Source: Calditrichaceae bacterium
Lineage (GTDB): Bacteria; Calditrichota; Calditrichia; Calditrichales; JBFXGD01
Length of the DNA stretch: 38,813 nucleotides
Reading direction: 5' to 3'
NCBI GenBank assembly: GCA_050173015.1
Contig: JBFXLE010000030.1
Coordinates: 1-38,813 of the forward strand
Of the stretch, positions 1 through 10,340 are shown piece after piece. The notes below the pieces were generated by a model. The model had not been told where the DNA came from. It worked only from the letters and a program-made list of their open reading frames with translations, and searched no databases. The position numbers were made by a program, and so were the translations under genes. Positions within the stretch are counted from its first letter, which is position 1. Each line of letters starts with the position of its first letter.

Positions 1-121
1 TTAAATTGCCCTTAGTTTATCAATGAGTTCTGATGCTGTAAATATACATAACTTCATGTTAATTAGAAAGTTAAAAGAAACTGCAACATCCTGTGGTAAG
101 GGGGAAACTGCCCGTTCTTAC

Positions 122-191
122 TCTTTTTTCTTTTATCTTTTATCTTTTTTCTTAACCTTCCTACTTCCTACTTCTTACTTCCCACTTCTTC
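122..191. repeat. Degenerate tandem heptamer array (10 units), pyrimidine-rich
   Basis: Period-7 units: TCTTTTT TCTTTTA TCTTTTA TCTTTTT TCTTAAC CTTCCTA CTTCCTA CTTCTTA CTTCCCA CTTCTTC. Confidence 0.8.
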
Positions 192-340
192 TCCTCCGCT
201 CTGTAGCAAAATCTATTACAGGATTTTCACAATTTCTGCTATTTTGCCGCCCCGCCCGCGTTTGTATGTTATCATAACTCATTTTCTTAAAAAGCGTTAA
301 TTATGCATTCAAATATCATGTACCCCATTAATTTTTTTAA

Positions 341-1720
<1,380 letters not shown>

Positions 1721-1758
1721 CAAAAGTTTTTTGATCCAATCTTAAATTTTTTCATAAT

Positions 1759-1783
1759 AAGCCCGTCCCGGCGGGCTTTTTTT
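1759..1783 (+). terminator. Rho-independent terminator after gdhA
   Basis: AAGCCCGT-CCCG-GCGGGCTT stem-loop running into a T7 tract. Confidence 0.85.
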
Positions 1784-1792
1784 AAACAGTTC

Positions 1793-1821
1793 TTGTCAAT
1801 CGAAACAATAAATGATATTTT
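1793..1821 (+). promoter_or_regulatory. Putative sigma70 promoter for the PPDK_N-like/Zn-ribbon/gdh2 operon
   Basis: TTGTCA-17 nt-TATTTT with an extended -10 TG, just after the terminator and about 40 nt before ATG 1859. Confidence 0.45.
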
Positions 1822-1858
1822 ATTGTTGAAATTTTAGTATTTACCGGATAACCAAATT

Positions 1859-4800
1859 ATGAAGAACGAACCGGGAACAATAGATAAATATACCGATCCG
1901 CTCTGGGTTGAGCATGGGTACGGAACGCGGTTTCAGGGTTTTCAGAATCTGATGCGTTTCCGGATCAGGGATATCTTGCTGGTCTCCAGTCTGTACGATT
2001 TATATGTCTTTGAAGAAGACGGCCGTCTATACGAGCTGATCCGCAATGAATACCAGGGCCTGAATCTCAGCCATTCGCCGGAGATCACCCGTGTATCCAG
2101 CGGAAAAGAAGCGCTCGCCATCGCTCAGGAAGAGAGACGGTTTGATCTGATTATCACAACCCAGCATATTGAAGACATGCCCGCCACAGAACTTGGTAGC
2201 CTGGTTCATCAATCCGATCTGGATATTCCCATCGTCTTGCTTGCGTATGATAACCGTGAGCTGTCAGAACTGATGGATCACTGTGATACCACTGTTTTTG
2301 ACCGCATTTTCATCTGGACCGGAAATTTCAGGATCATTATCGCCATCGTCAAGCATTTCGAAGACCGGATGAATGTGGATCACGACACACGGATCGTAGG
2401 TGTTCAGTCCATCATTCTTATTGAAGACAACGTCCGGTTTTATTCATCTTTTCTGCCGATTTTATACACGGAGATACTCAACCAATCCCAGCGGCTTATC
2501 TCCGAAGGAATCAATCTGACACATAAATATCTCAGAATGCGGGCCCGGCCAAAGATATTGTTATGCACTAATTACGAAGAAGCCTGGGAATATTATGAGA
2601 AGTATGAAGAATACGTTCTTGGAGTCATTTCCGATATTGATTTTTATCATGAGGGGAAGCAGGATCCGCTGGCGGGAATTACCCTTGCTTCAAATGTGAG
2701 AAAAAGGCACTATGATATTCCCATACTGCTCCAGTCCACCGAGCCTTCGAATGAATCCAGGGCGCGTGAATTAGGCGCGTCATTTTTGCTTAAGAACTCC
2801 CCCACCCTGCTTCATGAGGTTCAACGCTTTACCATTGAACATTTCGGTTTCGGCGATTTTGTTTTCAGGGATGATGACGGGCGTGAAGTGGGACGGGCAA
2901 ATAATCTGGCAAATCTTGAACAGCAGTTAAAGGTTGTCCCGCCGGAGAGCATACGGTACCATGCCGAGCACAATCATTTTTCCAACTGGCTTAAGGCAAG
3001 AACGGAATTCTGGCTTGCTCATAAACTAAGACCGCGAAAAGTCTCCGACTATCCATCCATTGAAGAACTGCGCAGCGACCTGGTTTCATCATTGAAAGAA
3101 TACAGGAAACTGCAGCAGAAGGGCATTATCACCGATTTCAAAAAAAGCACTTTCGATCCGACAAGCGGATTTGCCCGTGTGGGCGGTGGTTCACTGGGTG
3201 GTAAGGCCAGGGGATTAAGTTTTGTAAACACATTGATCAATAATTACAAGGTGCAATTTCGTTTTGAAGACGTACAGATTTATGTACCACCCGGGATTGT
3301 GCTGGGAACCGATGTATTTGACGCGTATCTTGACGAAAATGACCTGAGAAGTTTCGCGCTGAATTCCAAGGATGATGTGGAAATCACCCGGCGGTTTCTG
3401 GATGCTAAAAGCTTTCCGGAAGAGATCCTTGCCGATCTTGCCGCTTTTCTGGATCTTGTCCGCGATCCGCTCGCGGTACGTTCGTCCAGCCTGCTCGAAG
3501 ATTCCCAATATCATCCCTTCGCCGGTGTCTATGAAACATATATGCTTCCCAACAGTCACGCGAATCCATTAATACGGCTGAATGAATTATTAAACGCCAT
3601 AAAAAGAGTTTACGCGTCCACATTTTACGTCGGCAGTAAAGATTATATCAAGGTGACCACCTACCGCCTCGAAGAAGAAAAAATGGCAGTGATTATTCAG
3701 AAGATGATCGGCTCTCAGTATGATGACCGTTTTTATCCCGCCTTTTCGGGGGTGGCAAAGTCCTACAACTTTTACCCCGTGCCGCCGCAAAAATCAACCG
3801 ACGGCATTGTATCTGTCGCTCTTGGTCTTGGGAAAACGGTTGTGGATGGAGGTAATACCGTTAAATTTTCACCAAAATATCCGAATCATCTCCCGCAGTT
3901 TATATCCACAAAAGAAACGCTGAGAATCAATCAGCATAAATTCTACGCGCTTGATTTTACCGCGAAGGACGGAGATTCATTTGAAACTCACGATATGCTT
4001 ATCAAACAATTTACTTTAAAGGATGCTGAAAATGACGGGACGTTGTTTTATGTCGGCTCTACCTATTCACATGAAAATCATGCTATACACGACGGACTTT
4101 CCAGGGAAGGCGCCCGGATTGTCACCTTTGCCCCGATTCTGAAAAATAAGATATTTCCACTTCCACAGATTCTGGAGCTGCTGCTGGAAATGGGGAGCTG
4201 GGGCATGGGGACACCTATCGAAATTGAATTTGCCGTCAATATTTCGGCCCAGAAAAATAAAAGAAAAGAATTTGGCCTTCTTCAGATGCGCCCACTGGTT
4301 CTTAATCGTGAAATGGAAGTGCTTAAAATTGAAGATCATAAACCTGAAAGCCTGATCTGCAAAAGCCCGCATGTTCTCGGTAACGGTATCACAGAGGATG
4401 TATACGATATTGTTTTTGTGGACTACAACGCTTTTGAGCGGTCTAAAAGCCTGGATGTGGCGAAGGAAGTCAGCGCTTTTAACTCAAAACTGATCAATGA
4501 AGAACGGCCATACCTGCTTATAGGAGTCGGACGCTGGGGTTCGCTTGACTCCTGGCTGGGCATTCCGGTCAACTGGAGCCAAATATCGGGAGCGCACGCC
4601 ATTGTGGAAACCAATTTCAAGGATTTTATGGTCACGCCTTCACAGGGTTCGCATTTTTTCCAGAACCTGACTTCATTCATGATAGGATATTTCACGGTGG
4701 ACAGCTTTAAAGGCGAGGGGTTTGTCGATTGGGACTGGCTGTTAGGTCAGGACGTGCATGAAGGTATGAAATATACAAGGCATCTCCGATTTGACAAGCC

Positions 4801-4861
4801 TGTCATAATAAAAATGAACGGTCAGCAAAATGAAGGTGTTATTTTGAAACCGGAGAACTAA
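1859..4861 (+). CDS. Receiver-domain / PEP-pyruvate-binding (PPDK_N ATP-grasp) protein; PEP-synthase-like but without the pyruvate-binding barrel
   Basis: N-terminal REC-like segments (DILLVSS, FDLII, IPIVLL; IILIEDN, VISDID, PILLQS, FLLK). ATP-grasp motifs GGKARGL, AVRSSSLLEDS..FAGVY, MAVIIQ, IEIEFA, LLQMRP. C-terminal SQGSHFFQNL. Confidence 0.85.
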   Translation: MKNEPGTIDKYTDPLWVEHGYGTRFQGFQNLMRFRIRDILLVSSLYDLYVFEEDGRLYELIRNEYQGLNLSHSPEITRVSSGKEALAIAQEERRFDLIITTQHIEDMPATELGSLVHQSDLDIPIVLLAYDNRELSELMDHCDTTVFDRIFIWTGNFRIIIAIVKHFEDRMNVDHDTRIVGVQSIILIEDNVRFYSSFLPILYTEILNQSQRLISEGINLTHKYLRMRARPKILLCTNYEEAWEYYEKYEEYVLGVISDIDFYHEGKQDPLAGITLASNVRKRHYDIPILLQSTEPSNESRARELGASFLLKNSPTLLHEVQRFTIEHFGFGDFVFRDDDGREVGRANNLANLEQQLKVVPPESIRYHAEHNHFSNWLKARTEFWLAHKLRPRKVSDYPSIEELRSDLVSSLKEYRKLQQKGIITDFKKSTFDPTSGFARVGGGSLGGKARGLSFVNTLINNYKVQFRFEDVQIYVPPGIVLGTDVFDAYLDENDLRSFALNSKDDVEITRRFLDAKSFPEEILADLAAFLDLVRDPLAVRSSSLLEDSQYHPFAGVYETYMLPNSHANPLIRLNELLNAIKRVYASTFYVGSKDYIKVTTYRLEEEKMAVIIQKMIGSQYDDRFYPAFSGVAKSYNFYPVPPQKSTDGIVSVALGLGKTVVDGGNTVKFSPKYPNHLPQFISTKETLRINQHKFYALDFTAKDGDSFETHDMLIKQFTLKDAENDGTLFYVGSTYSHENHAIHDGLSREGARIVTFAPILKNKIFPLPQILELLLEMGSWGMGTPIEIEFAVNISAQKNKRKEFGLLQMRPLVLNREMEVLKIEDHKPESLICKSPHVLGNGITEDVYDIVFVDYNAFERSKSLDVAKEVSAFNSKLINEERPYLLIGVGRWGSLDSWLGIPVNWSQISGAHAIVETNFKDFMVTPSQGSHFFQNLTSFMIGYFTVDSFKGEGFVDWDWLLGQDVHEGMKYTRHLRFDKPVIIKMNGQQNEGVILKPEN

Positions 4862-4862
4862 T

Positions 4863-5072
4863 TTGAAAAACAAAGACGGCAAAAAACCTGAAGGAGTTAT
4901 AAGAACAACCAGAATGGAGGAATGCCCGCACTGCGGCACAAAACTCAGCCCCTGGGAGCAGGTTTTACTGAGTGTTGACAGGGTTTTAATGTGCAAGAAC
5001 TGCTGGTACCGCATCATTTTGGATGTTTTCAAGGAAGATGAAACTTCGGATGATCAATTAGAGGAAAAATAA
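4863..5072 (+). CDS. Small Zn-ribbon protein (CPHC-x19-CKNC) with acidic tail
   Basis: Two CxxC pairs; fills the gap with 1-nt spacers on both sides. TTG start; alternative ATG at 4914. Confidence 0.7.
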   Translation: MKNKDGKKPEGVIRTTRMEECPHCGTKLSPWEQVLLSVDRVLMCKNCWYRIILDVFKEDETSDDQLEEK

Positions 5073-5073
5073 T

Positions 5074-6321
5074 ATGGAATCGTACAATTCCTTCCATGTC
5101 GCGCAGAAACAGGTCGTCGAAGCGGCAAAACTTTTAAACCTTGATGAGGCGACCGTTCATTTACTCAAATGGCCGCAGCGTGAATTCTCATTTACGATCC
5201 CGGTCACCATGGACAACGGAAAAGTAAACATTTTTCATGCTTACCGTATTCAGTACAATTTCGCCCGAGGCCCGGCAAAAGGGGGTATCCGTTATCATCC
5301 GGATGAAACCATCGATGTGATACGGGCGCTTGCCTCATGGATGACCTGGAAAACGGCGGTCGTTGATCTGCCCCTTGGAGGCGCCAAGGGAGGCGTGGCC
5401 TGCAATCCAAAATCCATGTCCGAGCGGGAACTTCAGAATCTATCCAGAGCGTATATCCGGGCCGTGGCTGATTATATCGGCATCGACCGTGATATTCCGG
5501 CTCCGGATGTCTATACCAATCCTCAGACCATGGCCTGGATGATGGATGAGTATGAGACGATTATCAGAAAACATCAGCCGGGTGTACTTACCGATAAACC
5601 GGGGCCGATTGGCGGAACAGAAGGCCGCAGAGACGCGACAGCCCGGGGCGGAGTGATTACCGTCGGGGAAGCATGCAAGACGCTTGGAGTTGATCCGACC
5701 GGAAAATACGCGATTCAGGGATTCGGAAATGCCGGTCAGAGAGCCGCGTTTCTGCATCAGGAATTACTCGGCGGCGGTAAATTAGTGGCGGTGTGTGATT
5801 CCCGCGGAGGCATTTACAATGAGGAGGGACTTGATCCGAGAGAACTCGTTATGCACAAGCTGAAAACGGGGTCGGTGCTGGATTTTCCGGGATCAAAACA
5901 CATCCCCCGCGATTCTGTTCTTGAGCTTGATGTGGACGTGCTATACCCTTCCGCGCTTGAGAACGCGATCTCTGAAAAAAATGTAAACAATATCAAGGCG
6001 CGGATTATATGCGAGCTTGCCAACGGTCCCACCACTCCGGAAGCGGATCTTATTCTGCACAAGAAGGGAATCCATGTCATACCGGATATTCTTGCCAGCG
6101 CCGGAGGCGTTACCGTTTCCTTTTTTGAGATGGTTCAGGACAGTTATTCGTTTTTCTGGGATGAGGAGACTATTCACCGGCGGCTTGATGAAAAACTGAC
6201 TAAGGCCTATCACACGGTTGAAAATACCATCCGTGAAAAGAATGTTCATCCCAGGTTAGCGGCAATGGTGGTCGGTGTGGCCCGGGTGGCAGAGGCGTGT
6301 ACATTGAGAGGTTGGGTTTGA
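5074..6321 (+). CDS. Glu/Leu/Phe/Val dehydrogenase (second, short-type glutamate dehydrogenase)
   Basis: GPAKGGIRYHP, MTWK, GGAKGG, DIPAPD, ATARG, QGFGNAG, ANGP, GGVTVS. Confidence 0.92.
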   Translation: MESYNSFHVAQKQVVEAAKLLNLDEATVHLLKWPQREFSFTIPVTMDNGKVNIFHAYRIQYNFARGPAKGGIRYHPDETIDVIRALASWMTWKTAVVDLPLGGAKGGVACNPKSMSERELQNLSRAYIRAVADYIGIDRDIPAPDVYTNPQTMAWMMDEYETIIRKHQPGVLTDKPGPIGGTEGRRDATARGGVITVGEACKTLGVDPTGKYAIQGFGNAGQRAAFLHQELLGGGKLVAVCDSRGGIYNEEGLDPRELVMHKLKTGSVLDFPGSKHIPRDSVLELDVDVLYPSALENAISEKNVNNIKARIICELANGPTTPEADLILHKKGIHVIPDILASAGGVTVSFFEMVQDSYSFFWDEETIHRRLDEKLTKAYHTVENTIREKNVHPRLAAMVVGVARVAEACTLRGWV

Positions 6322-6762
6322 TTAACGAGTCTGTCCGGGCGATTTTCTGCCGGTGAACTGAAATGTAACGGAACGACTTCTGGGCCGGTTATCAAAGTCA
6401 ATCAGAATAATCTGCTGCCAGGTACCCAGATCCAATTTCCCATCCGCGACGGGAATGATCAGGGAAGGCCCCATTAACGCCGATCTTAAATGCGCGTATC
6501 CGTTACCGTCATGCCAGGTGTCATCATGGTGATACTGTTTGTTCATCGGCGCGATACGGTCAAGCATCTCAGGCAGATCTTGTATCAATCCGGGCTCATA
6601 TTCTATGGTACTGATTGCCGCTGTGGCTCCGGCGATAAAAATAAGCAGCTGCCCCTCCAAAAAACTGTTTTCGCTTACAAACTCTCGCGCGTATTCAGTC
6701 AGATTAATGATGTCGTTAAATCCACGGGTTTTCATTCCGACTTTTTTGGTTTTAATCATCAT
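6322..6762 (-). CDS. yjbQ: YjbQ/UPF0047 family protein
   Basis: GATAAISTIEYEPGL, YHHDDTWHDGNGYAHLRS, LGTWQQI..DFD.RPRSR. Start placed at ATG 6762 (or 6759) because the longer ORF runs through a terminator. Confidence 0.85.
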   Translation of the reverse strand: MMIKTKKVGMKTRGFNDIINLTEYAREFVSENSFLEGQLLIFIAGATAAISTIEYEPGLIQDLPEMLDRIAPMNKQYHHDDTWHDGNGYAHLRSALMGPSLIIPVADGKLDLGTWQQIILIDFDNRPRSRSVTFQFTGRKSPGQTR

Positions 6763-6799
6763 ACTATTATCTGAATCCTTCCGTGTATATTCGGTTAAT

Positions 6800-6828
6800 A
6801 AAAAAAGGGAGCTATTACACTCCCTTTT
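6800..6828 (-). terminator. Rho-independent terminator downstream of the response regulator gene
   Basis: Minus strand: AAAAGGGAG-TGTAATAG-CTCCC followed by T7. Confidence 0.75.
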
Positions 6829-6885
6829 CATTTATCTTTAATTTTGCTCTGAAATTGATTTTCTTCCCGGCTGCCGTCGGAAAAC

Positions 6886-7362
6886 TTAGTCGATGAGAGA
6901 CGCCAGAATAATACCAAGAATCAGCCATATCGGAATGGAAATCAGTAAAGCCCAGATAATGCCGTTGGCCGTTTTTAAGGAATGTGTCAATCCTTTTTTC
7001 TCAAATGCGCGATTAATCTTCAAACGGACTTCCTCGATATGAAAAGGTTTGGTCAGATAATCGTACGCGCCCTTTTTAATCGCCTCCACCGCTGTTTCGA
7101 TGGTCGGATGCGCTGTTATCATCAGGAAGATTGTATTTTTATTTAAGGCGCGGACTCGCTTCAGGAGTTCAATACCATCCATTTGAGGCATATAAAGATC
7201 GGAAAGTATGACATCAACAGGCTGCTTTTTAAGGATTTCCAGCGCTTCTTTTCCGTTTGCCGCCACGTAGGGAACATACTCCATGCTCTTTAACACGTTT
7301 TGAAGTGTATCCCGTACATCTTCCTCATCATCAACAACAAGTACCGTTCTGATTTGGCTCAT
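6886..7362 (-). CDS. Response regulator receiver protein with C-terminal transmembrane helix
   Basis: VVDDE, ILSDLYMP, ITAH, GAYDYLTKPF; tail GIIWALLISIPIWLILGIILASL; GAGGAG RBS upstream. Confidence 0.9.
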   Translation of the reverse strand: MSQIRTVLVVDDEEDVRDTLQNVLKSMEYVPYVAANGKEALEILKKQPVDVILSDLYMPQMDGIELLKRVRALNKNTIFLMITAHPTIETAVEAIKKGAYDYLTKPFHIEEVRLKINRAFEKKGLTHSLKTANGIIWALLISIPIWLILGIILASLID

Positions 7363-7463
7363 AACATCTCCTCATTTACTTCCATAGAAATAATCATCGG
7401 CAACCTTGCGAAAGATATTTAGAATAGAAAGCAATTTATGCGCATTTTTGCTTCAGAACAAAT

Positions 7464-8291
7464 CTATTCTAAAATAGATCTAAAATTGGTCCAACTGAAC
7501 TCATCAAGCAGTTCGGCGAGTTTTTTACTGTTCTTATTAATATTGTAATAATGGCGCCAGGTTTGAATCGAACCCAGATTCAACTTCTTTTGATGAACAT
7601 CAAACTCCCATGGATGAATATACATAATAACAGGAGCGTCATCCTTATTCATTTGTTTTATGGCGTAACGCGTAAACCAGTTAGGCAGAATTCTCAGATA
7701 GCCCCCGCCTCCGAACGGCACATTTACACCAAATAATTTGAGCGTCGGCATCGGAAATTCGATCAGCTTCCTGCCGTTTTTTTCAAAAGCGGTGTAGGGA
7801 AATCTTGGAGCATCCGCCACACCGTACCTGTCATGCCAGATGGGGTAAACGGAAGAATCGTACTTTATTCCCAGTTCCAGCATAATTTCCCATGCCCAGA
7901 ACGTTTTTTTAACCACTGAAAATGTCGGCGCCCTGAATCCGACAATTTCCTGCCCGGATAAATCTTCCAGAATTTTAATCGATTCCATCAGATCCTGTCT
8001 GAATTCATCGGGAGACAGTTTTGTCAGCATCCTGTGATTATTCCCATGACTTGCTATTTCATGTCCGGCGGCAGCCATTTTTTTTATCATTTGCGGATTA
8101 TGTTTCGCGACCCACCCGAGTGTAAAAAAAGTGGCTTTTAAATCTTTTTCAGCGAAAATATCCAGCAGCTTATCAATATTTTTCGCCACACGCTGTGGTT
8201 GATCTTCCCAGGAACTCCTTTTGAAGCGATGCTGCAGCGCTTCCGGATGATACCAATCTTCAACGTCAACAGACAAAATATTTTTCACCAT
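7464..8291 (-). CDS. Polysaccharide deacetylase (CE4/NodB, DUF3473-type)
   Basis: SVDVEDW, ATFFTLG, HEIASHGNNH, GFRAPTFS, YDSS, GGGYLR, YIHPWE. Confidence 0.9.
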   Translation of the reverse strand: MVKNILSVDVEDWYHPEALQHRFKRSSWEDQPQRVAKNIDKLLDIFAEKDLKATFFTLGWVAKHNPQMIKKMAAAGHEIASHGNNHRMLTKLSPDEFRQDLMESIKILEDLSGQEIVGFRAPTFSVVKKTFWAWEIMLELGIKYDSSVYPIWHDRYGVADAPRFPYTAFEKNGRKLIEFPMPTLKLFGVNVPFGGGGYLRILPNWFTRYAIKQMNKDDAPVIMYIHPWEFDVHQKKLNLGSIQTWRHYYNINKNSKKLAELLDEFSWTNFRSILE

Positions 8292-8345
8292 GGGGTAAAA
8301 ATCCGATCAGAATTAAATTACTCGTTACAAGTTAAACCTAAAATA

Positions 8346-9077
8346 CTACATTTTCACTAATTTTTTATATTCGGTGGGAGAAATTCCGTTCCTTTTTTTG
8401 AAGGAGCGGCTGAAACTGGACAACTCGCTGTAACCGAGAAGTCTGGAAATGTTTTTGGCGGGTAAATTCACTTTTTCGAAGATGATTTCTTCATAATAAT
8501 TTAAGACATTCTGCATAAATCTTCTGAAAGACTGACCGGTTTCTCTCTTAAATTCCTGGCTAAAGTAACCGGCGCTGATATTTAGATATTTTGCGATACT
8601 ACCGATATTACAATCTGTAATCCTCGCGCTCTCAATAAACAGCAGCGCCTTTCTCATTCTTGGAGAAATCGAATCAATTTCAATATCAAACTGTTCATAC
8701 GGGATTTTTCGCCAATAATTCTGAAGCAATTCATCCAATAACGCCAGAAGATTTTTTTGCCGGTTTTGTCCGACGACTATTTTAAGCCCACTTGCTTCTC
8801 CTACATCTTTCAAGTCTGATAATATCAAAGAATGATTATATAATATCAACGCGAGGTCAGGTATATATTCCTGCAGCCGCTTAATCTGTCCTAAAATATC
8901 ATTATTCAGTTCCGACACCAGTATAAAAAGGAAGTTAGATGAAGAATTTTTTATATTGAGATCATCTAAGGATGAAGTGGGAATAATACTGATATCCGGA
9001 TTTCCTCCAAATATCTGGTCACATTCCTGTTTTATCTGGTCATCCCTGGTTAAGAGAATGCCATTATACATATTCAT
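8346..9077 (-). CDS. AraC-family transcriptional regulator with degenerate receiver-like N-terminus
   Basis: Double HTH: IAKYLNISAGYFSQEFKRETG ... ISRLLGYSELSSFSRSFKKRNGISPTEYK. Confidence 0.85.
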   Translation of the reverse strand: MNMYNGILLTRDDQIKQECDQIFGGNPDISIIPTSSLDDLNIKNSSSNFLFILVSELNNDILGQIKRLQEYIPDLALILYNHSLILSDLKDVGEASGLKIVVGQNRQKNLLALLDELLQNYWRKIPYEQFDIEIDSISPRMRKALLFIESARITDCNIGSIAKYLNISAGYFSQEFKRETGQSFRRFMQNVLNYYEEIIFEKVNLPAKNISRLLGYSELSSFSRSFKKRNGISPTEYKKLVKM

Positions 9078-9194
9078 TTATCCTTATTAACGGATAAGCC
9101 GATTAAATGATTTAGTGGTTAGTGTATATTAGGTATGAAAGAAAGCGTTGATTGTGACCTATGCAACTATTTTACAGTAGATTAAATGATTTTT

Positions 9195-10340
9195 TTACAG
9201 GATAATGATAATTTTCCCCGAATTTATTTTTTCATTATTCTGATTTTTGATAATATAAAGATATACCCCGGATTTTACCTGGCTTCCGGAATCATTTCTA
9301 AGCTCCCACCTGAAAAAAGAATCGACCCGCTGGCTTTTAAATACAGGCTCTCCCAACAGGTTATAAATAGATATTTGCGATCTTTCCGGAAGATTGGCAA
9401 AAAAGATTCCGTCAATTTCAGAACGCGCCGACTTCCGGTATGGAATGGGAAATACATTAATGCTGCTCATTACACCGGTTGTAAATGTTAAATCCTCTGA
9501 ATAACTGATTTGTCCGTTTACATCTTGCGAGACAATACGGTATGAATAGGTTGAATTTTCCAGTAATCCCGGTAGAATCTGCGCATGCGTGGTTGTGTAT
9601 TTGCTGTCTTCTGTTGTATTGTCGGTATAATTTCCTTCTAATCCATATTCTACATAGTCTTTGGTAAGCTGCAGGGTATTCCATTCTATTTCTATGTTGG
9701 TACCAGCTCCGAAATGATTTGTCTGGAACCCGTAGGACATCGTTCCGCTTGTAATCGGAGTGGATTCGATTGAAACTTCAACCCGGTCAAAATAACCATC
9801 AGGATCGGCGACATCAAAGGTAAGCGCCTCTGATCCTGACCAGTCCGACGGAGTGCTTATGGTTACAGTCCGGCTGGACTGATTGATCGTAACATCCAGG
9901 CGGACAGCTCCGGTGACGCTCCAGGTTAGCTGATTATCCGGATTATCCGGATCATTGACCACCGGGTCCAGAGCAATGTTATTCAGGGAATCCGGCGGGA
10001 TAAATATTCTGGGAGTAAGACCCGATATTTCGGGAATGGCCGCGCTGACCTGTTCAGAATACTCGCTTAAATTTGAAGAGTAATCCATTGCTTTAACGCG
10101 ATAATAGTACAGCACACCCTTCATGAGCTCATCATCAACATAAAATGTATCCGGGTGTATTACATTGCCGATCTGGCTGGTCGGGAGAGGAGCCGTTCCT
10201 CGGTAAACTCTGTATAGATAAACATCAGGCTCTGTATTCTTGTCCCAAATCAATGTCCAGGAATCCGTTTGAGCCGGCAGGGGAACCACATTCAGGCAAA
10301 GAATTGCCACCAAACAAAATTTCATCGTTTTATTTGACAT
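9195..10340 (-). CDS. Secreted FN3/Ig-like protein with T9SS/FlgD-type C-terminal domain
   Basis: Signal peptide (MKFCLVAILCL...AQ); FN3 (W..NTEPD...YRVYR...YYYRVKAMD...SEYS); Ig module (DPDNPD...WSGSE.LTF.V.DPDG); second FN3; CTD (VFPIP...IYNLLGE...SGVYLY). Start 10340 or 10325. Confidence 0.8.
   Translation of the reverse strand: MSNKTMKFCLVAILCLNVVPLPAQTDSWTLIWDKNTEPDVYLYRVYRGTAPLPTSQIGNVIHPDTFYVDDELMKGVLYYYRVKAMDYSSNLSEYSEQVSAAIPEISGLTPRIFIPPDSLNNIALDPVVNDPDNPDNQLTWSVTGAVRLDVTINQSSRTVTISTPSDWSGSEALTFDVADPDGYFDRVEVSIESTPITSGTMSYGFQTNHFGAGTNIEIEWNTLQLTKDYVEYGLEGNYTDNTTEDSKYTTTHAQILPGLLENSTYSYRIVSQDVNGQISYSEDLTFTTGVMSSINVFPIPYRKSARSEIDGIFFANLPERSQISIYNLLGEPVFKSQRVDSFFRWELRNDSGSQVKSGVYLYIIKNQNNEKINSGKIIIIL

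Noticed and set aside
23-277. 84-aa ORF with a hydrophobic stretch
   Set aside because: The hydrophobicity comes from translating the pyrimidine heptamer repeat; no clear RBS or family motif
1859-4861. Calling this gene ppsA or ppdK
   Set aside because: No pyruvate-binding barrel and no canonical TSHAA swivel motif
6763-6831. N-terminal extension of YjbQ in the ORF track
   Set aside because: It overlaps a terminator hairpin; family-like sequence starts at MMIKT
7464-8291. PEP-CTERM/exosortase system suggested by the deacetylase type
   Set aside because: No exosortase gene or PEP-CTERM tail is present in the window
9078-9097. TTATCC/GGATAA hairpin over the AraC ribosome-binding site
   Set aside because: Only 6 AT-rich base pairs; plausible by chance
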